A stretch of DNA of 52,907 nt, the filler included, from Sphacelaria rigidula (lineage: Eukaryota), in assembly GCA_964200075.2 (NCBI GenBank). It is 3 parts of 3 records of this genome, joined end to end, with 100 filler letters (N's around TTAATTAATTAA, not from the genome) between each part and the next. Parts side by side here need not be neighbours in the genome. Positions count along the whole stretch, not along the records: positions 17,679 to 35,243 come from CAXNAA020001040.1; positions 35,344 to 52,907 come from CAXNAA020001041.1; 1 more part is not named here. The stretch is one strand, 5' to 3'. Both the position numbers and the translations under genes were made by a program. Below the pieces are notes generated by a model. It had not been told where the DNA came from and ran no database searches. It saw only the letters and a list, made by a program, of their open reading frames with translations. Shown here piece by piece: positions 32,404-45,682 of the stretch. The stretch's first letter is position 1, and the number at the start of each line of letters is the position of its first letter.

Positions 32404-34596
32404 GTGGAGGTTTGAGAGTTGGTATTGTCCGAAAGAAGAAATCTCCTGAAAAGCTCCCCTTTTGGTCATTCTGTGGCGTTGTACGCCGGAAGAGAGGGCT
32501 AGACGGATTTTGTCACCTCGGAAGGACGTGCTACTCTATTTCAGACGGTTCCAGGGCACTTTTGCGTTTTCCTGTGACCACAGTATTTGTATTGGTCACA
32601 CTTCGATATCTCGGACAGGTGATCAATTGCAAGATAACTTTCGATGTTTTTGTTTCATTTCCGCACAGATGGCAATTCGGGGGGATTAGCATGGCAAGTC
32701 CTTATCCCCCCTCCAAGGACAAACTGCGTGCACCAAATATTCCGAGTGACGTTGGCAAGTGTTGACTGTCATCGTTACCTGTAGATGGGATGCTCTAAAA
32801 ACTTCAACTAAAGTCACGGAGAACTGAGAAGACCATGTCAGGCGATGCCCTACCCGAAGGACAAACGTTCGTGCTGCGCCGGTAGTTTTGTCATACAAAT
32901 TTTTGCGTATTGTCAAGGTAATCGCGGTTGTGGGCCTGAACGCGGCACGCTTGACCTCCATTTCATCAGGGCAAAGTGCTGCACGCATCGAGTGTGGCCG
33001 ATGATGAAAACGATTGTTGATAGAATAGGTGGAGGGCAAAGTATAGTCGGTATTAGAGCAAAATGAGATGGAGTAGGAGTAAGGAGAGCGGAATTCGTCG
33101 CCACTTCGGCGTCTAGCACTCCTCGCGCGGATCAGCTTCATGGTGTTGCGAGAGAGTTCTTACTCCTACGCCAGTATGGCGACGCTCATAGTCTCGCGGT
33201 CTTCAGTTTTCTATCGCAAGAGGTTGAAGAGGTTGACATGGACCTCGTCAACCAAGCACCTTGGTTGAAGTCCGTTGACGTTTCAAAAATTGGCTCGGGA
33301 ATCACATTCGGCATGACTTCAGCGCACACTACGTAACAAGATAAACCCGCCTGCTGTCGATTGCTACGACGCATACCCGCCAGTGCGCCAGGCGACACCC
33401 CATTGACACAAATAAGAAAACGAAATCGCACGACTGTGTGACAGACAGCAAGAGCACAGTCTTGGCGTCGAACGATAGCTGCCGACGTGCCCTACTCTCG
33501 TGTGTGTAGGGACAGCATTCGCCGGGTGGAACGGTATTAGTTTCGGGCGATCGCGTTTCGTATGCCGGAATTGAACATGACTCGTGGGTCACGTGTGCAG
33601 GCGACTAGGACGGGACCTGTGTCGGTCCTTGTGAATCGCGTGTGTGCGACAAGCGCGTCTGCTACTCCAACCTTCGCGGAAGAACACTCCTCAGTATGTG
33701 CTTTGTACTGATTAGAACCGAATCGGAGTTCAAGGAGGAGGTAGCTGTGGGGGTTTTCTCTTCTGTGCCGGTATGACCGTGATAACATGCTTGATCGAGG
33801 CTGCTGACTCGACCGTGTCCTCTGTTCCGTCGTGGCGTGACGAACGTGATGATAAAGTAGGCTCGACACTGACTGATTACTCCTGTTTACTGACACCCGG
33901 GGCGACACTGCCATGCCTATACTGAAGTTGGGGAGTGACTTGGCGTATGTCAAGCAGCAACCAGGATTTTAACTCTTTATGAAGTAGGGTCCAAAAGACA
34001 CTCGTGCCTTCGAGTTCCGCGAGTTGTCCACGTGTCGCTCGCGCACACGATGATAACCATGGTTACCGGATGTGATGGTTCGTCCTGCTTTCATTCACGC
34101 TCAATCAATTCTCACACACTTACATGTTTGATGTATCAAGTCGAGTCCGTTTCAAGATCGCGTTCGGTGCCGAGTTTGTTAACCTCAGATCTGCAAGAAC
34201 AGGTGTTGAAGAGAGTACCACTCCTGCTATGCACTTTTTTTCTCGTCCGTTTAGTTTCCACCTTCCTGGGGAAGATTCTGTAGCCCCCCAAGGGATTAGC
34301 CCTCACTCCCGCAGCTCATCAGTTTTCATCGGATTCTTTATGAACCCTTCGGCTGTATGCTTCACCTCCGAACAGTTTCGCTGGGTGGCAGTTCGGGGAC
34401 ATCCAAGTGTCTCCAGCGGGCGTAGGGGGGCGTGGAGGGGGGGTGATAGTGCGTGTTTCTAGATGAGCCGAGAAGCCTTCAAAGTCAACCATGTGTGTTT
34501 GAAAGTTCCCAAATGAAGAATATAGGCCAGGAACGGAGCCCGAAAGGAGGGTTATGCTCATTTTGGTTGTTGTATCGATCAATTTGGACATTTGTT

Positions 34597-34722
34597 CCCC
34601 TCCATGACACCTACGTGCTCCGTCTCTGACACCTACGTGCTCCGTCTCGAAAGGGATGCGTGGTCAATGGTCAGACGACTAAGGCAAGCAACACATGAAC
34701 GCCCCCCCTCCATCACACCTAC
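34597..34722. mobile_element. Short interspersed repeat flanked by an 18-bp direct repeat; second copy at ~38021-38090
   Basis: gtgctccgtctcgaaagggatgcgtggt.aatggtca.acgactaaggcaagcaaca is in both copies; cccctccat(g/c)acacctac at 34597 and 34705. Confidence 0.65.
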
Positions 34723-35243
34723 AAAACACGTACCTCGCAATGTTTGACAATTTGGGTACCTCCACTCAACCATGGAAATACACAGAGAAGGGGAGCCCTT
34801 TTTGCTCTGTGCGTAGTCTTTGCGCCCTGTCTGAGCCATGTTGTGCTGCCAAGATAGCTGCACACTGCCTGTAGTGTTGTGGAAAAGTTCGCAGAGGTAG
34901 CAACGGCGTGCAGTAGGCTATGTGCAGTGGAGAGCGATGACGCGCTTGTCCTTTTATACCGATGTGTTCTACCGCTGATGAAAAACGTTTGTATGTATGA
35001 TACAGCATATCGCCACCACCAGCAGTATGAACAGTAAAAAATGAAGTGCAGGTGAGACAATGTCACATGCTTTTCGTTCAAGGTCGAAACATATTCGAGC
35101 TATGCCAGCACTGCCTCGCAAGTACCAAGACTCGACGGCATGGTAAGGAGAAAGTTTCCTCTTCTTTTTTTTCCTCGCACTTTGATCCCCTCCCCTTCCT
35201 CGGGATGAGTCCGTGGTCTCAAGGGATCAACGCATCTCTCCCC

Positions 35244-35343
35244 NNNNNNNNNNNNNNNNNNNNNNNNNNNNNNNNNNNNNNNNNNNNTTAATTAATTAAN
35301 NNNNNNNNNNNNNNNNNNNNNNNNNNNNNNNNNNNNNNNNNNN
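35244..35343. other. Assembly gap with TTAATTAATTAA linker
   Basis: N runs around the linker. Confidence 0.95.
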
Positions 35344-35533
35344 CCCCCCCCCCCCCCCCCCGGCCACCGCCATTAGTTTCCCCCTCTCGTCTTCGGCCAA
35401 AAGGGCCAGTACTATTCACATGCTAGCTGTGCCTGCAATACGCCTTCACTGCTGATGGCTGCGGCATAAAGATCGTGACCGACAGGCTAAACTTGCGGCG
35501 TCTGCATCCCTACCGTCCTCGTTGTGAAACCAG

Positions 35534-38500
35534 AGCGGATTTCGTGGTGGGCGCCCGAGACGGGTTCACGCCGTTACATTTCTGCGCCCAGGCGGGTTGT
35601 GCGGAAGGATGTCAATTGCTTCTAGAAGCCGGTGCAGATGTTAACGCCCAGCTCACCAAAACCAAGAAGGTGGGCCAGAAAACGCAACAGTATCGGACAG
35701 TACCCCCTACGGTACTGTCCTGTTGTACTGCCGGTATTGAGGAACTGTATTGTTGGGTTGCATCTATTTATCTGTCAGGGGTAGTAGGCGGGATATGTTC
35801 CATTTTCCCGATTCGTAATAATGACAAATGACATGGGTTTCGGGGACGGGGAACGATGATCGGTGATGCCTTGGTTGCGCGCTTATTTGTCCGAAGTTGT
35901 CCTAGGAACGTTCTTGACTACTTCTAGGGCACTATGCGGAGGGTTCGTTAAGTTCTATGTGGCGGTAAATTCCCGACCAGTATCGCGCGTTAATCCCGAA
36001 GAGCGGGCAATGATGGTGCCCGCGCTCGCAAGGCGCCTGATCACAGAGTCTGTTTCGAAGATAATTATCCGAGGCTTTTCGTTTTTCCCGACCCTAATTT
36101 CTCCGAAAATTGAGAGGATGTGACCAGACGGGCGCCCGTTCGCTCCACGACAATATCCCGCCCCGCTTCGCGTCCCCCCTTCCTCCGCCGCCGCCATGGT
36201 TGCGAATTTCTCGTCGAGTATGGTGATCTTTTTATGCTTTATCTCCAAAAAATAGTAATCCAACCCCAACCCATTTTTTTATTTTGCCCCCATAGGTCCT
36301 TTTTAGCATCAATAACTGCTCAATTGTTCATATGTTATGTCTGCTGCTTGGAAGATGTTGCGTATTGCTTGTAGTATCGTGATATTTTACACGGGTATTT
36401 GTACGAAACATGAAAATAGATGTGGCGTTTGCGTGGTCGTGTTGTTCTTTCTCCGTCCGGACCAATCAGGAGCAGACAATTGGCACAAGGACCCTCCTAC
36501 AACAGACAGTGTGCAATCGTACGTTTGCCTACACAAATGAACGACGCGTTCCATGATTTTGATACTTTTTCGGGCCCCCCGAAAATTTACTCGATAGAGC
36601 ACACCAGTTCAGTCGTGCGTCATGCTTCTGGTGGATCGTACGTACTTACATCACCCCATGGTTGCTGGTTGCTGGCAAAGCAGAATAAAACAGTCAGCAC
36701 AATATATTCAAGCAGTACAGCAGTGAAGTAAGAAGGACCAACTTGATTTAAGGCTCATGTAAGGACGTCATCGTTTGAAGTGCTGGCACAATGTCTGATG
36801 GGCCGTTGACGACTGATAAAACAGGGGATTCTCAAGAGTAGGAACGAACTATTTTTCACGAGAGTGAAATTTTTTCACACCGTGGGTATTGGACAAGTAA
36901 TAGTTGCAGATAGATAAAAATATACTGCGTGTGACCCCGGCTGGACCCACACATACCGAAAGGTGCAGACCAGAATTGATGGGACGACAACACTGCGTGA
37001 GAGATCGACCTATTATCTATTGCTGCAATAGGCGATACGTAGTAGACGGATACTTAACGCAGAACACATTTTTGGTCATTGCAACTATTCGTTGTAGTCC
37101 AGGGTGTAAAAAAAATCGATGGTGTGTTCGGGATTGTGGGGAATGGTACCCCCTCGAAGGCACCTCCAAGGGAAAGGTTTGGCGGTAACTGTAAGTGTTT
37201 TTATGTTGTTCAAGGGTTATCATCACCACAACTCCGAACATCATTGGGAGAAAAAAGTTCCCATGAGAGAAGTTCAGTCCCACTTTTCAAAATTCCCTGT
37301 TATACGTCGTTAAAGTGGTGCTGCATGTCGCCAGTCAGGGAAAGAGAGAGCGTTTTTCCAAACTTCTGTCTTGAGAACACAACGTTTTTGTATATTTTGA
37401 AAACTGTCGTTGTCTTCCACACACGGAGGGAATAAAATATATGGTGGCTGACCATGCCTTGTCGTGAGGACTTGATCTTTTGCCCACTCGTCCCGCCCCC
37501 CTCCCCTCACATCCAAGGTAGTCATATTTTGTGAACACACATGATGCGATTCGGTTACCGTCTCAGAAATATAGGCTCACAAGTGCCATCTGGCGATTAT
37601 TGGATGATGACTAATTGATGTCATAATTATGACGAATTATCTTTGTTGGCTATTATACGCACGCGTTCTTGTTCGTCGTTCAATTCATGAATCACACACG
37701 TAAATTTATCATATATTGACTTCAATATAAATATTAAATCGCAGTTGCAAGTCAGTAGTGTTGAAAAAAAAAATCGCTCGACAAACCTCAGTTTTTGTTG
37801 TCCCATTATACCAGTAAAGTGCAAGCACCCCCCCAAAAAGGACGAGCAATAAATGGTTGTTCCATAATTTTTTCTCCGCGATCCACTCTTATTGGTAGTC
37901 GTGGTACCTCTCGTAAGAGAACACATGAAAACCAGTTCCTCCCGTGTTTCGAAATATACTTCGACAGATCCGACGTTTTACGTTGCCCCCCCCGCTCTTT
38001 CTCAATTAGGAATAGGAACGGTGCTCCGTCTCGAAAGGGATGCGTGGTAAATGGTCAAACGACTAAGGCAAGCAACAAATGAGTACGCTCCCCTCTCCCC
38101 CCCCCGCTTTGATGAGACCGTTCAACCTTTTTCCCGGTTGAGTTGAAGCCAATACCCGTCGACGCAATAACAAGGAATGGCGGTCAAAGCACACGCGCGC
38201 AACAGACACAAGGCGTACGTACACCGCGCTGACGCATGAAACGCGTAGTTTGTTCAAATTCCCCCCTTTTTGGCCATGATTACGTGCAACTTGAAGTCTT
38301 TAGTGTATCGAGTGGTTGAAGTAAGCTGTTACAACAGACCGACGGGTATCCAGCAAAATCTGCATGTTCGCAGCCATAACGTGCACACCGTAAGGTGCAG
38401 GTCCAGTCTCGGAGTAATTATGCCAAACGCTCGCGTAACTTAGGTGGGTAGGTGGGCCTTCGTCAACTGTGGGTGTGTTACAACAGTGTGAAGACACTCT

Positions 38501-39303
38501 TAACCTGGGCCCATTATCATCGACACTGATTTTTTAGAGATATCAAAAATATTTCGATGTTTCGGACTATGCGTCCAGACAGTTCTGAGAACAAAGCGGC
38601 TTGATTATTTTCCCCCGAAGCTCTATTAGTCGAGGAATCCGAATGTAAGTCGGACTGAGACTAGGCCTTGTCTTGAAAATAATAATGGATTCCGTTTCTT
38701 TTTAACCGTGCCAGCCGTAGTAAGTAGAAGCCTAACTGCGACGCATCATTTCGGATAGCTGCTACGTGGATAAACCGTGCCGCTCGCAAGCATTTGAGAG
38801 TCATGAGGTGCCTTGCCAGTCCCGAAAAAAAACTTGCGATAATAATGGGGTATAGGCGACGAGTTCTTGGTTCGGAGAATGCCCGTACACGAACTACTCC
38901 AACGACCAATAATGGTTCCAAAGCGGTGTATAGGTAGCGTCACCACTCAAGAACCAGACAGTTGAGAACCTGAGCCTTGCACTTTTCAGAATGCAAAAAC
39001 GTGACCATAAATTGTGATGCCTGAATAAGAACGCCACACTAAAACAGAAATATTGTAGGGGGTGTTCGTAGCCGACAGAGGAAAAAAGAAGTCGAGTCTC
39101 ACGCCAAACGAGAGGTCATTGAGAGGTGGCGTTACCTATACCTGACACGAGACGTACTCCGTCATCAGTCTAACCGTAGTGTATGTAGGCATGATTCACG
39201 TAGTTTCAGGTACTGTAAATTGATGTGGAGCATCAGTTGATTGGGGCGCCTGTTTCACGATGTCCGGATTCTATCGTGTGGCGCTTGTCCATGTTTCATG
39301 CAT

Positions 39304-39337
<34 letters not shown>

Positions 39338-41313
39338 CCCTCCTTTCTCTTTTTGTTTTCTTGATTTTTTTTAACTATCTAACTNNNNNNNNNNGTTGAT
39401 GGGGGGGCCTGTTTCTAGTTTTCCTGATTTTTGCTTGTGGCGCTTTTTCATGTTTCTTTCCTGTCTCCCCCCCCCCCCCTCACCCCATATAGTTAATGGT
39501 TTTATGACTATGGTATGCAAGATCATGAGTACACTTCCCTCACCCCTCATTTTTTCTTCAAGGGCGAGGGGAAGATACTTGTTCATGTCTGTGCGTTTTT
39601 TCGTCGCGCCTTCGCTCACGTCACGCTGCTCATATGTACCGCTCGTCTTGCGGACTCTTTCTGCGGTCTTGTTTTTTTCTATTTTCGTCGCTGTTTTCCG
39701 TTTTTGTTTCTTGTCACCCATTCATGTACTCCGCCTGCTCATGTCGTATTCGTTCTCGATGCCGTTGCCTTCTGTTGTTCCGTTTCCATCTTCCCCGCGT
39801 GCGGTCGAATGTTGATGGGCGTCATGATGTGTGTGTGTGTGTGTGTGTTTCATTTCGACCCCTTCGTTTTTCTGCCCGCGTTTCTTTTTTTCTTCAGACA
39901 CCGCTCCATCTGGCCGTCGCAAAAGGACACCCGAAGGTGCGAGTCGATACTCGTCAGGTGTAACGTCCATTTTTTATTTTTTTTATTTAACGTTTCCTGT
40001 GGAGTTTTTTGTTTTCCCTCTCACCCCTATATTTTGCTGTACATAGCACGCACTGCTGTCCTGTTTCTTGTTTTCGTTTTTAGATAGACTCGGATATCTC
40101 AGTACAATAGTTGCTTTGTTGTTTCGTAAGGTGGCGTTTTCCGTTGTTTTCTGGACAACTAGGAAAGGAAAACAGAGCAGTTTAGTTGAGACATTTGCGC
40201 TGAATTTTCGCTTCTACGTGACGACTGCGCATGTGGGAGGACCCATTGCGAATTGCCTTAGCTTGCGCGCAAACAATGACAGTGAGGAGACAAAAGTCCG
40301 CGGCGGAGATCGGGATAAGCTCAGTTGTCGTTTCCTTCGTTGCCTGTCTTGGAACACGAACCGCTCTTTCATGGCAACTGTAACGGATATCCAACCCAGC
40401 ACAGATACAACGCGTTTTTTATTTCGGCAGGAAGATTAAAAACGTTTTTTTCTGGCAACCGGCGTGGCTGTTCGGCCGGCCGACACAAGACTACAACAGT
40501 GGTAGTCGCGGTCTCCGTCGTTACACGAAAACAAAGTATCGCCCCCGCCGCCACAACGTCTTGTTGGACATTTCCTTCATGCGTTCAACTAATTTCTTCT
40601 CGCGAATGCACCTCGAAACCCCCCCCCCCGGAAAACAAAAACAGGCGGTGCTGGTCCTTGTTCAAGCCGGCGCGGACAAATACATCGAGAATAATAAGGG
40701 CGAAACCCCGCTACACCTGGAATTGAGCGAACCGGTCAAAGCCGCGCTCCACGCCCAAGCGGCCCCCTCCCAACCCCCTTCGCACGCCTCTGACGATGAA
40801 AGCCAGCAAAGGCCGAACCCGACCGCCGCAGCCGCCGACCAAAACCAGGGCAGTCTTGGGCGGCAGGAAGGCGGGCAAGAACAGAAGGAGTGTGGTGATG
40901 TTGAGTCGACTGCTGATGCTGGCGAGTCGGAGCCGATGTCATCGGCAGGGATCGCGGGAACGGCATCGGCGGGTGCCGGCGGGGTTAGTGTCGCAGGGCT
41001 CGAAAGTGTTGTGACGCAGCCGGCGGCTGTCGTCGTCGATGGAGTTGGGGGACTGCCTACTGCGGGGGATGATGTTGCTGAAGCGGGAGTTGTTGGAGAC
41101 GGGGAGGCAATAGGAGCGGGATCGGAAGCGGCTGGGGGTGAGACTGAGGGACAGGATGGAGAGAAGGCGCAGTCTGGAATGAGCCTTGCTGAGCGGCGGC
41201 GAAAAAAGAGGAAGTTGATGGAGGGCGGTGGCGGGGTCAGCTTGTCGCATTCGGGAGGGGACGGGAAGGAAGTTGAGGGAGAGGAGGCGAACGGTCTTGA
41301 GCGTCTTGAGTGA
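35534..41313 (+). CDS. Ankyrin-repeat protein with an acidic low-complexity tail and basic NLS-like motif (5' part not resolved)
   Basis: Exons ~35534-35669 (DGFTPLHFCAQAGCAEGCQLLLEAGADVNA..TKK|gt), 39898-39936 (ag|TPLHLAVAKGHPK|gt) and 40645-41313 (ag|AVLVLVQAGADKYIENNKGETPLHL...RRRKKRK...stop). The phase-0 joins rebuild consecutive ankyrin repeats. Confidence 0.85.
36876..37108 (+). mobile_element. Degenerate CACACC MITE containing a nested 3' SINE fragment (36932-36991), inside an ankyrin-gene intron
   Basis: cacaccgtgg...tccagggtgt ends; internal tactgcgt and ctattatctattgc are shared with the 15414 copy; the SINE tail gatgggacgacaac is flanked by the duplication actgcgtg. Confidence 0.7.
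39385..39394. other. Assembly gap
   Basis: Run of 10 N. Confidence 0.95.
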
Positions 41314-41749
41314 AAAAGTATGCTGCGGTGATGTTGGACGCAGCATGATGTGTGTGAGGCGGGTGATCGCTTTGACTGATCGCTTGATCGTCAACTGATT
41401 GTCCCAGAGATGTGTGGCGGATGTTTGCAGAAGCTGTAGCACGGGGTGTTTGGTGTGAGTGCGTGGGCTGTGTAGGGCCGGCGTCGGGGAAGACTGAGTG
41501 TAGATAAACCGCTTGGTTGGTGCACCGTTTTTTCCTTCAGTTAGTTCGGAAAAGAATCAGAGAGAAGCGGTTTCGCTGTGATTCGGTGGCTTTCGGTAGT
41601 CTCCCTCTGTGTTGCGGCATGTTGCTCTGAACCTGGCTTTGTGTAAAGAGAGGAAAAGTCCAATGATTATTCAGATCTACCGCTATTCTACGCAATTTCC
41701 TCGACCGCTCCAACAGTTCGACACGTGCACAACTTTGGCGGAAGGGTGC

Positions 41750-42595
41750 ACACATCGGACGATGCACGAGTATGACTCGCGGCAGTCGCACTTTTTGGGC
41801 TGCCCGTTGGCCGTAAAAATTAATAGGGCCAGTACTCGAGTCATCGCTTGTTGTGGAAAAAATTAATTGGGCGAGCACTCGAGTCATCGCTCGTTGTGGA
41901 AAAAATTAATTGGGCGAGCACTCGAGTCAATGCTCGTTGTGGAAAAAAATAATAGGGCAAGTGCTCGAGTCGTTGCTCGTGGTGGAGAAGTAAGTGACTC
42001 GAGCACACGAGTCGTTGCTCGTGATGAACGAGTTGAGTGGAGGAGACAACAATCCGACGAGCAAACAATTAGAATGAGCTCTTCGACGAACTTGAACCTG
42101 GAATTTTCAAGTTCATATGCATATCTGCACATGTACAAGCGTCAACCTCCATAGCTCGTTTTCATTTTGTCCAAGCATCCCCCCCCCGACACACACATCA
42201 GAGTTCCACTAAAGCGGCGGAGGGTATCTCTCGGGCCGTAAATTTATAGGACGAGCACTCGAGTCATTGCTCGTTGTGGACAAATGATTAACTCGAGCAC
42301 ACGAGACATTGCGCATTGTGGAAAAAATTCATGACTCGAGCACACGAGTCATTTCTCGCTGTGACAGAAAACCATGACTTGAGCACACACGAGTCAAAGC
42401 TCGTTGAAAAAGATCATGACTCAAGCACACGAGTCATCGCTCGTTGTAAACAAAAAACATAACTCGAGTGCACGAAGCATGGCTCTTTGTAAAAAAAATC
42501 ATGACTCGAGCACACGAGTCATGCTCGTTGTTTTTCCAAAAAACACCCGCGACGAGTGCACTCGTGTCGACGAGCAATGACTCGTCCGTCGCGCG
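41750..42595 (+). mobile_element. Element with the ~43-bp palindromic array (copy 2, with an internal restart at ~42234)
   Basis: Leader cggacga.gcacgagtatgactcg.ggca.tcgcact...ggccgtaaaaattaa is shared with 7981; same repeat units. Confidence 0.85.
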
Positions 42596-45500
42596 GGATG
42601 ATGTGGCAATGACACCGCGAGCGCTAGATGAGTGAAACAAAAATAACGTCCACCTCCTGTTACATGGCGTCATGTCAACCGGAATCATAAAACAAGGTGG
42701 TTTCGCGACGTTCGAAAATCGATGCTCATTCAGCTTGAGCCGCGACCATGCGATGACACCAAACACTGCACACTCGTCCCAATATGCCTGTTCTATTCGG
42801 ACTGCCCCATCATGAAGTCGACGAGCGAGTCAACACGGCGAGAGCCGGAGTCACTGCCATCACACGCGAGATCGCTCGAAGTCGAACCGGGTTGTTGAAA
42901 ATGTTGCCCCAGGAGGATATATTTCTCCTTAAAGGGCGGAAAAATGCCCAGGAGCGAGCACCCACACGGAAAGTGTGTTTCGCTGAGGAAAAAGCAACAA
43001 TGGACATCACGTGCCATTTTTTTTATTTCTTATTCGTGAATGGTTTGATCCACCTTTTTTTTTTCTTCACATCGCCAAAATATACACCACAGTCATGTCC
43101 ATAGTATTGCAGCACACGTTAATGCCAACGCCCAACCCGTCTGTTGCGGCTGCTCTAAACAATGGAGCAACGTTTGCTCCCTCTACCAGACACAAACTGG
43201 GTTCGTGCCTCCCCGCCCCGCCCCTTTTCTTGTACACCCTGCCCCAGCTGCTTTGGTATAAAATAAGGATACAAGATGCGGACAAGGACATGCCGGTTGG
43301 GCTCACATACCGCACAAAACCAAACCTCTCCACATGTAGGTCGCGTTCTTCAGGCTTCAAAACACGGACTCTAGAACCAAAGCACTGATTAATCACCCCC
43401 GAAGAAGAAAGACAGGACCAAACCACAGCACACGATATATCAAAATTATCAATTCCACAGTAGAAAACGACCTGTTCTTCCTCATAATCCTCTCTTGACA
43501 ACAGGGTCGCTTACGGTACAAGGCTACGACAACAAGCACCACTCCACCACCATGAACAAAACGTTCTTACTTATTCTCCGACTCGTATGTCTTCCGTCTC
43601 GACAAGAGTTTTCTTTTACTACAAGTGTTCGTACCCACACAACACGAAATCATGACGCATGCACAACACAAGAGCATCAGCAGCTGAAATAAGCAGAGAC
43701 GCAAGCTCAATTCACCCACTATTGCCAATACATCCGGAAAAAAAAAAACAGAAGGGAACCTAAACAACCGCAGTTCACAGCACGAAGAAAAATTACGCCG
43801 CGCAGCACAGTAGATACAGGCACGAGCAATTTTCTTCCCGCATCAAGTTTTTTCGGGTGATGGCCCATCCATCCTATTATTCCGATTTCCCGAATTTTCG
43901 GCATACAGTTCGTCTACCGCAGGCGCCAACAAATGAGCAGGGGAGACTTGGCCGGAGGGTACAAATCCTACAGCCGCCACCAGCGCACAGTCCGCATCAC
44001 GTCAACATGGGGGAAGCCCGAACGCAAACCACATTTTATCGTCCCTTCCGAGTCACAAAACAAGCTTGACACGCCAATCGTACCAGTAGCGGTATCACAC
44101 ACGACGAAACGTTCCATCCAACGAAAAATATATATCCAGATAACACAAAACGACAGATAAACATATGCCCCTCATACCCCCCGCTACACACAATCATCAG
44201 CGACACCCTTTCCTCTTGTAATTCAAAGTAGTACCAGATGCAAAACACACTCAACACACAACGCCAAAAAGAAAAAGCACCAGTGACTTCTTTCCTTTTC
44301 ACGCAAAAACCAGCCCCTTTTATACTTTCATGATTCACTTCACTCTCTCGCCTCTCTTACCGCAAAAGGTCATCAACGAGCAAGACAAGAGAAGAGATAA
44401 GCGGACCTAACGAGGAAAAAAAAAAAGAAGGAAAAAATCACGTTGAATGTAGCACTGAAATCAACAAAAGAACGAAAAAATAAAGTTTTCAAGAAAAAAA
44501 AAAAGATAAAAAACAGTTGAAACGCTACACTCACGACGGCAGCACATTCGCGGACTCCGACACACTCAGACAAACAGCTGATGGTGACACATGATAACAC
44601 ACAAAACGGCACCTCACACGACAGAAAACACATTTTTCACGTACCAAAATGAACCCCAACAACTTCCCCTCGACGACGCAAAAAAAAAACGCCGAAATTA
44701 CAAAGAAGCCTATAAGTGGGTTGCTGGCGGGTGTGCATGGACACCCCTCCACGTTCCTGATTGGCCCAAGCCCTTCACGAAGCGCACACAACCTCTTTCT
44801 AAACCTCCCATGGGCAAGCCACGGCCTTTTTTTCATGCCACAATATCACCGAGTCACCAATTCGATAATCAATCACCCCCCTCAACCCTCACCCGATCTG
44901 CCTGCTCGAGGACAAACGACGCAGATGCAACGGCCCTCAAGATTGCCGAACACACACAGCGACACGAGGGGAGGGAAAAGGAGAGGGAGGAGCGAGGAGG
45001 AAAGGGGAGGGATGGGGGGGGGGGGGGGGGGGGGGGGGGGGGAAGTCGCACCGCATTCCCAAACGTACAAGATGTAGCTCGTCGTGCGAGACAACAATCA
45101 TGTGTAGTTCGGGAATTTCACTGCTCCCCTGTCAACATATGGGACTGTAACAACCCCATCCTATACCCACCCCCCAGTCTCGCATCCCTACCCTGTTCCA
45201 CCTAACAGCAAATTCTATGTACACTTGAGGGGTGAGGGGGGTCACGTCACGTTGTATTTACAGTTGTATTAGTGAAAAAACAGTAATAGCACAAACCATA
45301 CGGTCACGACGGCGAGCCCCACGAAGCTTCCCCTCTCGAAACAAAAATGGCCATGTCTGCGCACCACTTCAAGTCGACCGAAAGGCAAGAAAATAAATAA
45401 TGAATCTCCATATACGCCACCATGACCACCACCTCAATCCATGATCTCATGCTGTGATGCAGACGTGGACGCTGCAGGGCCTGGGGTATCATTGGCTCAT

Positions 45501-45682
45501 CAAAACCCCGTAGTTCAACAGTGCGAGTTGAATTGAACCCCCAAGGAAGTTGAAACGCCTCCTCCGGAAATTTCGTGGAGCACTCTTCCCGCTCTGCGTA
45601 GTCCACGCAAGAAAAAAATGCCGCAACACACAGCACACGGCCGGCAGGCCACGGCCTTCCCGAAGGTCGAGTCATCGTTCGT

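Noticed and set aside
32686-34591. Short ORFs as a possible gene or TE protein
   Set aside because: Stop-interrupted, with no recognisable domain or consistent splice pattern.
30986-41313. Signal-peptide exon as the 5' end of the ankyrin gene
   Set aside because: Donor phase 0 does not match the ankyrin exon acceptor directly, a gap intervenes, and a signal peptide conflicts with the NLS-like tail; not supportable without RNA data.
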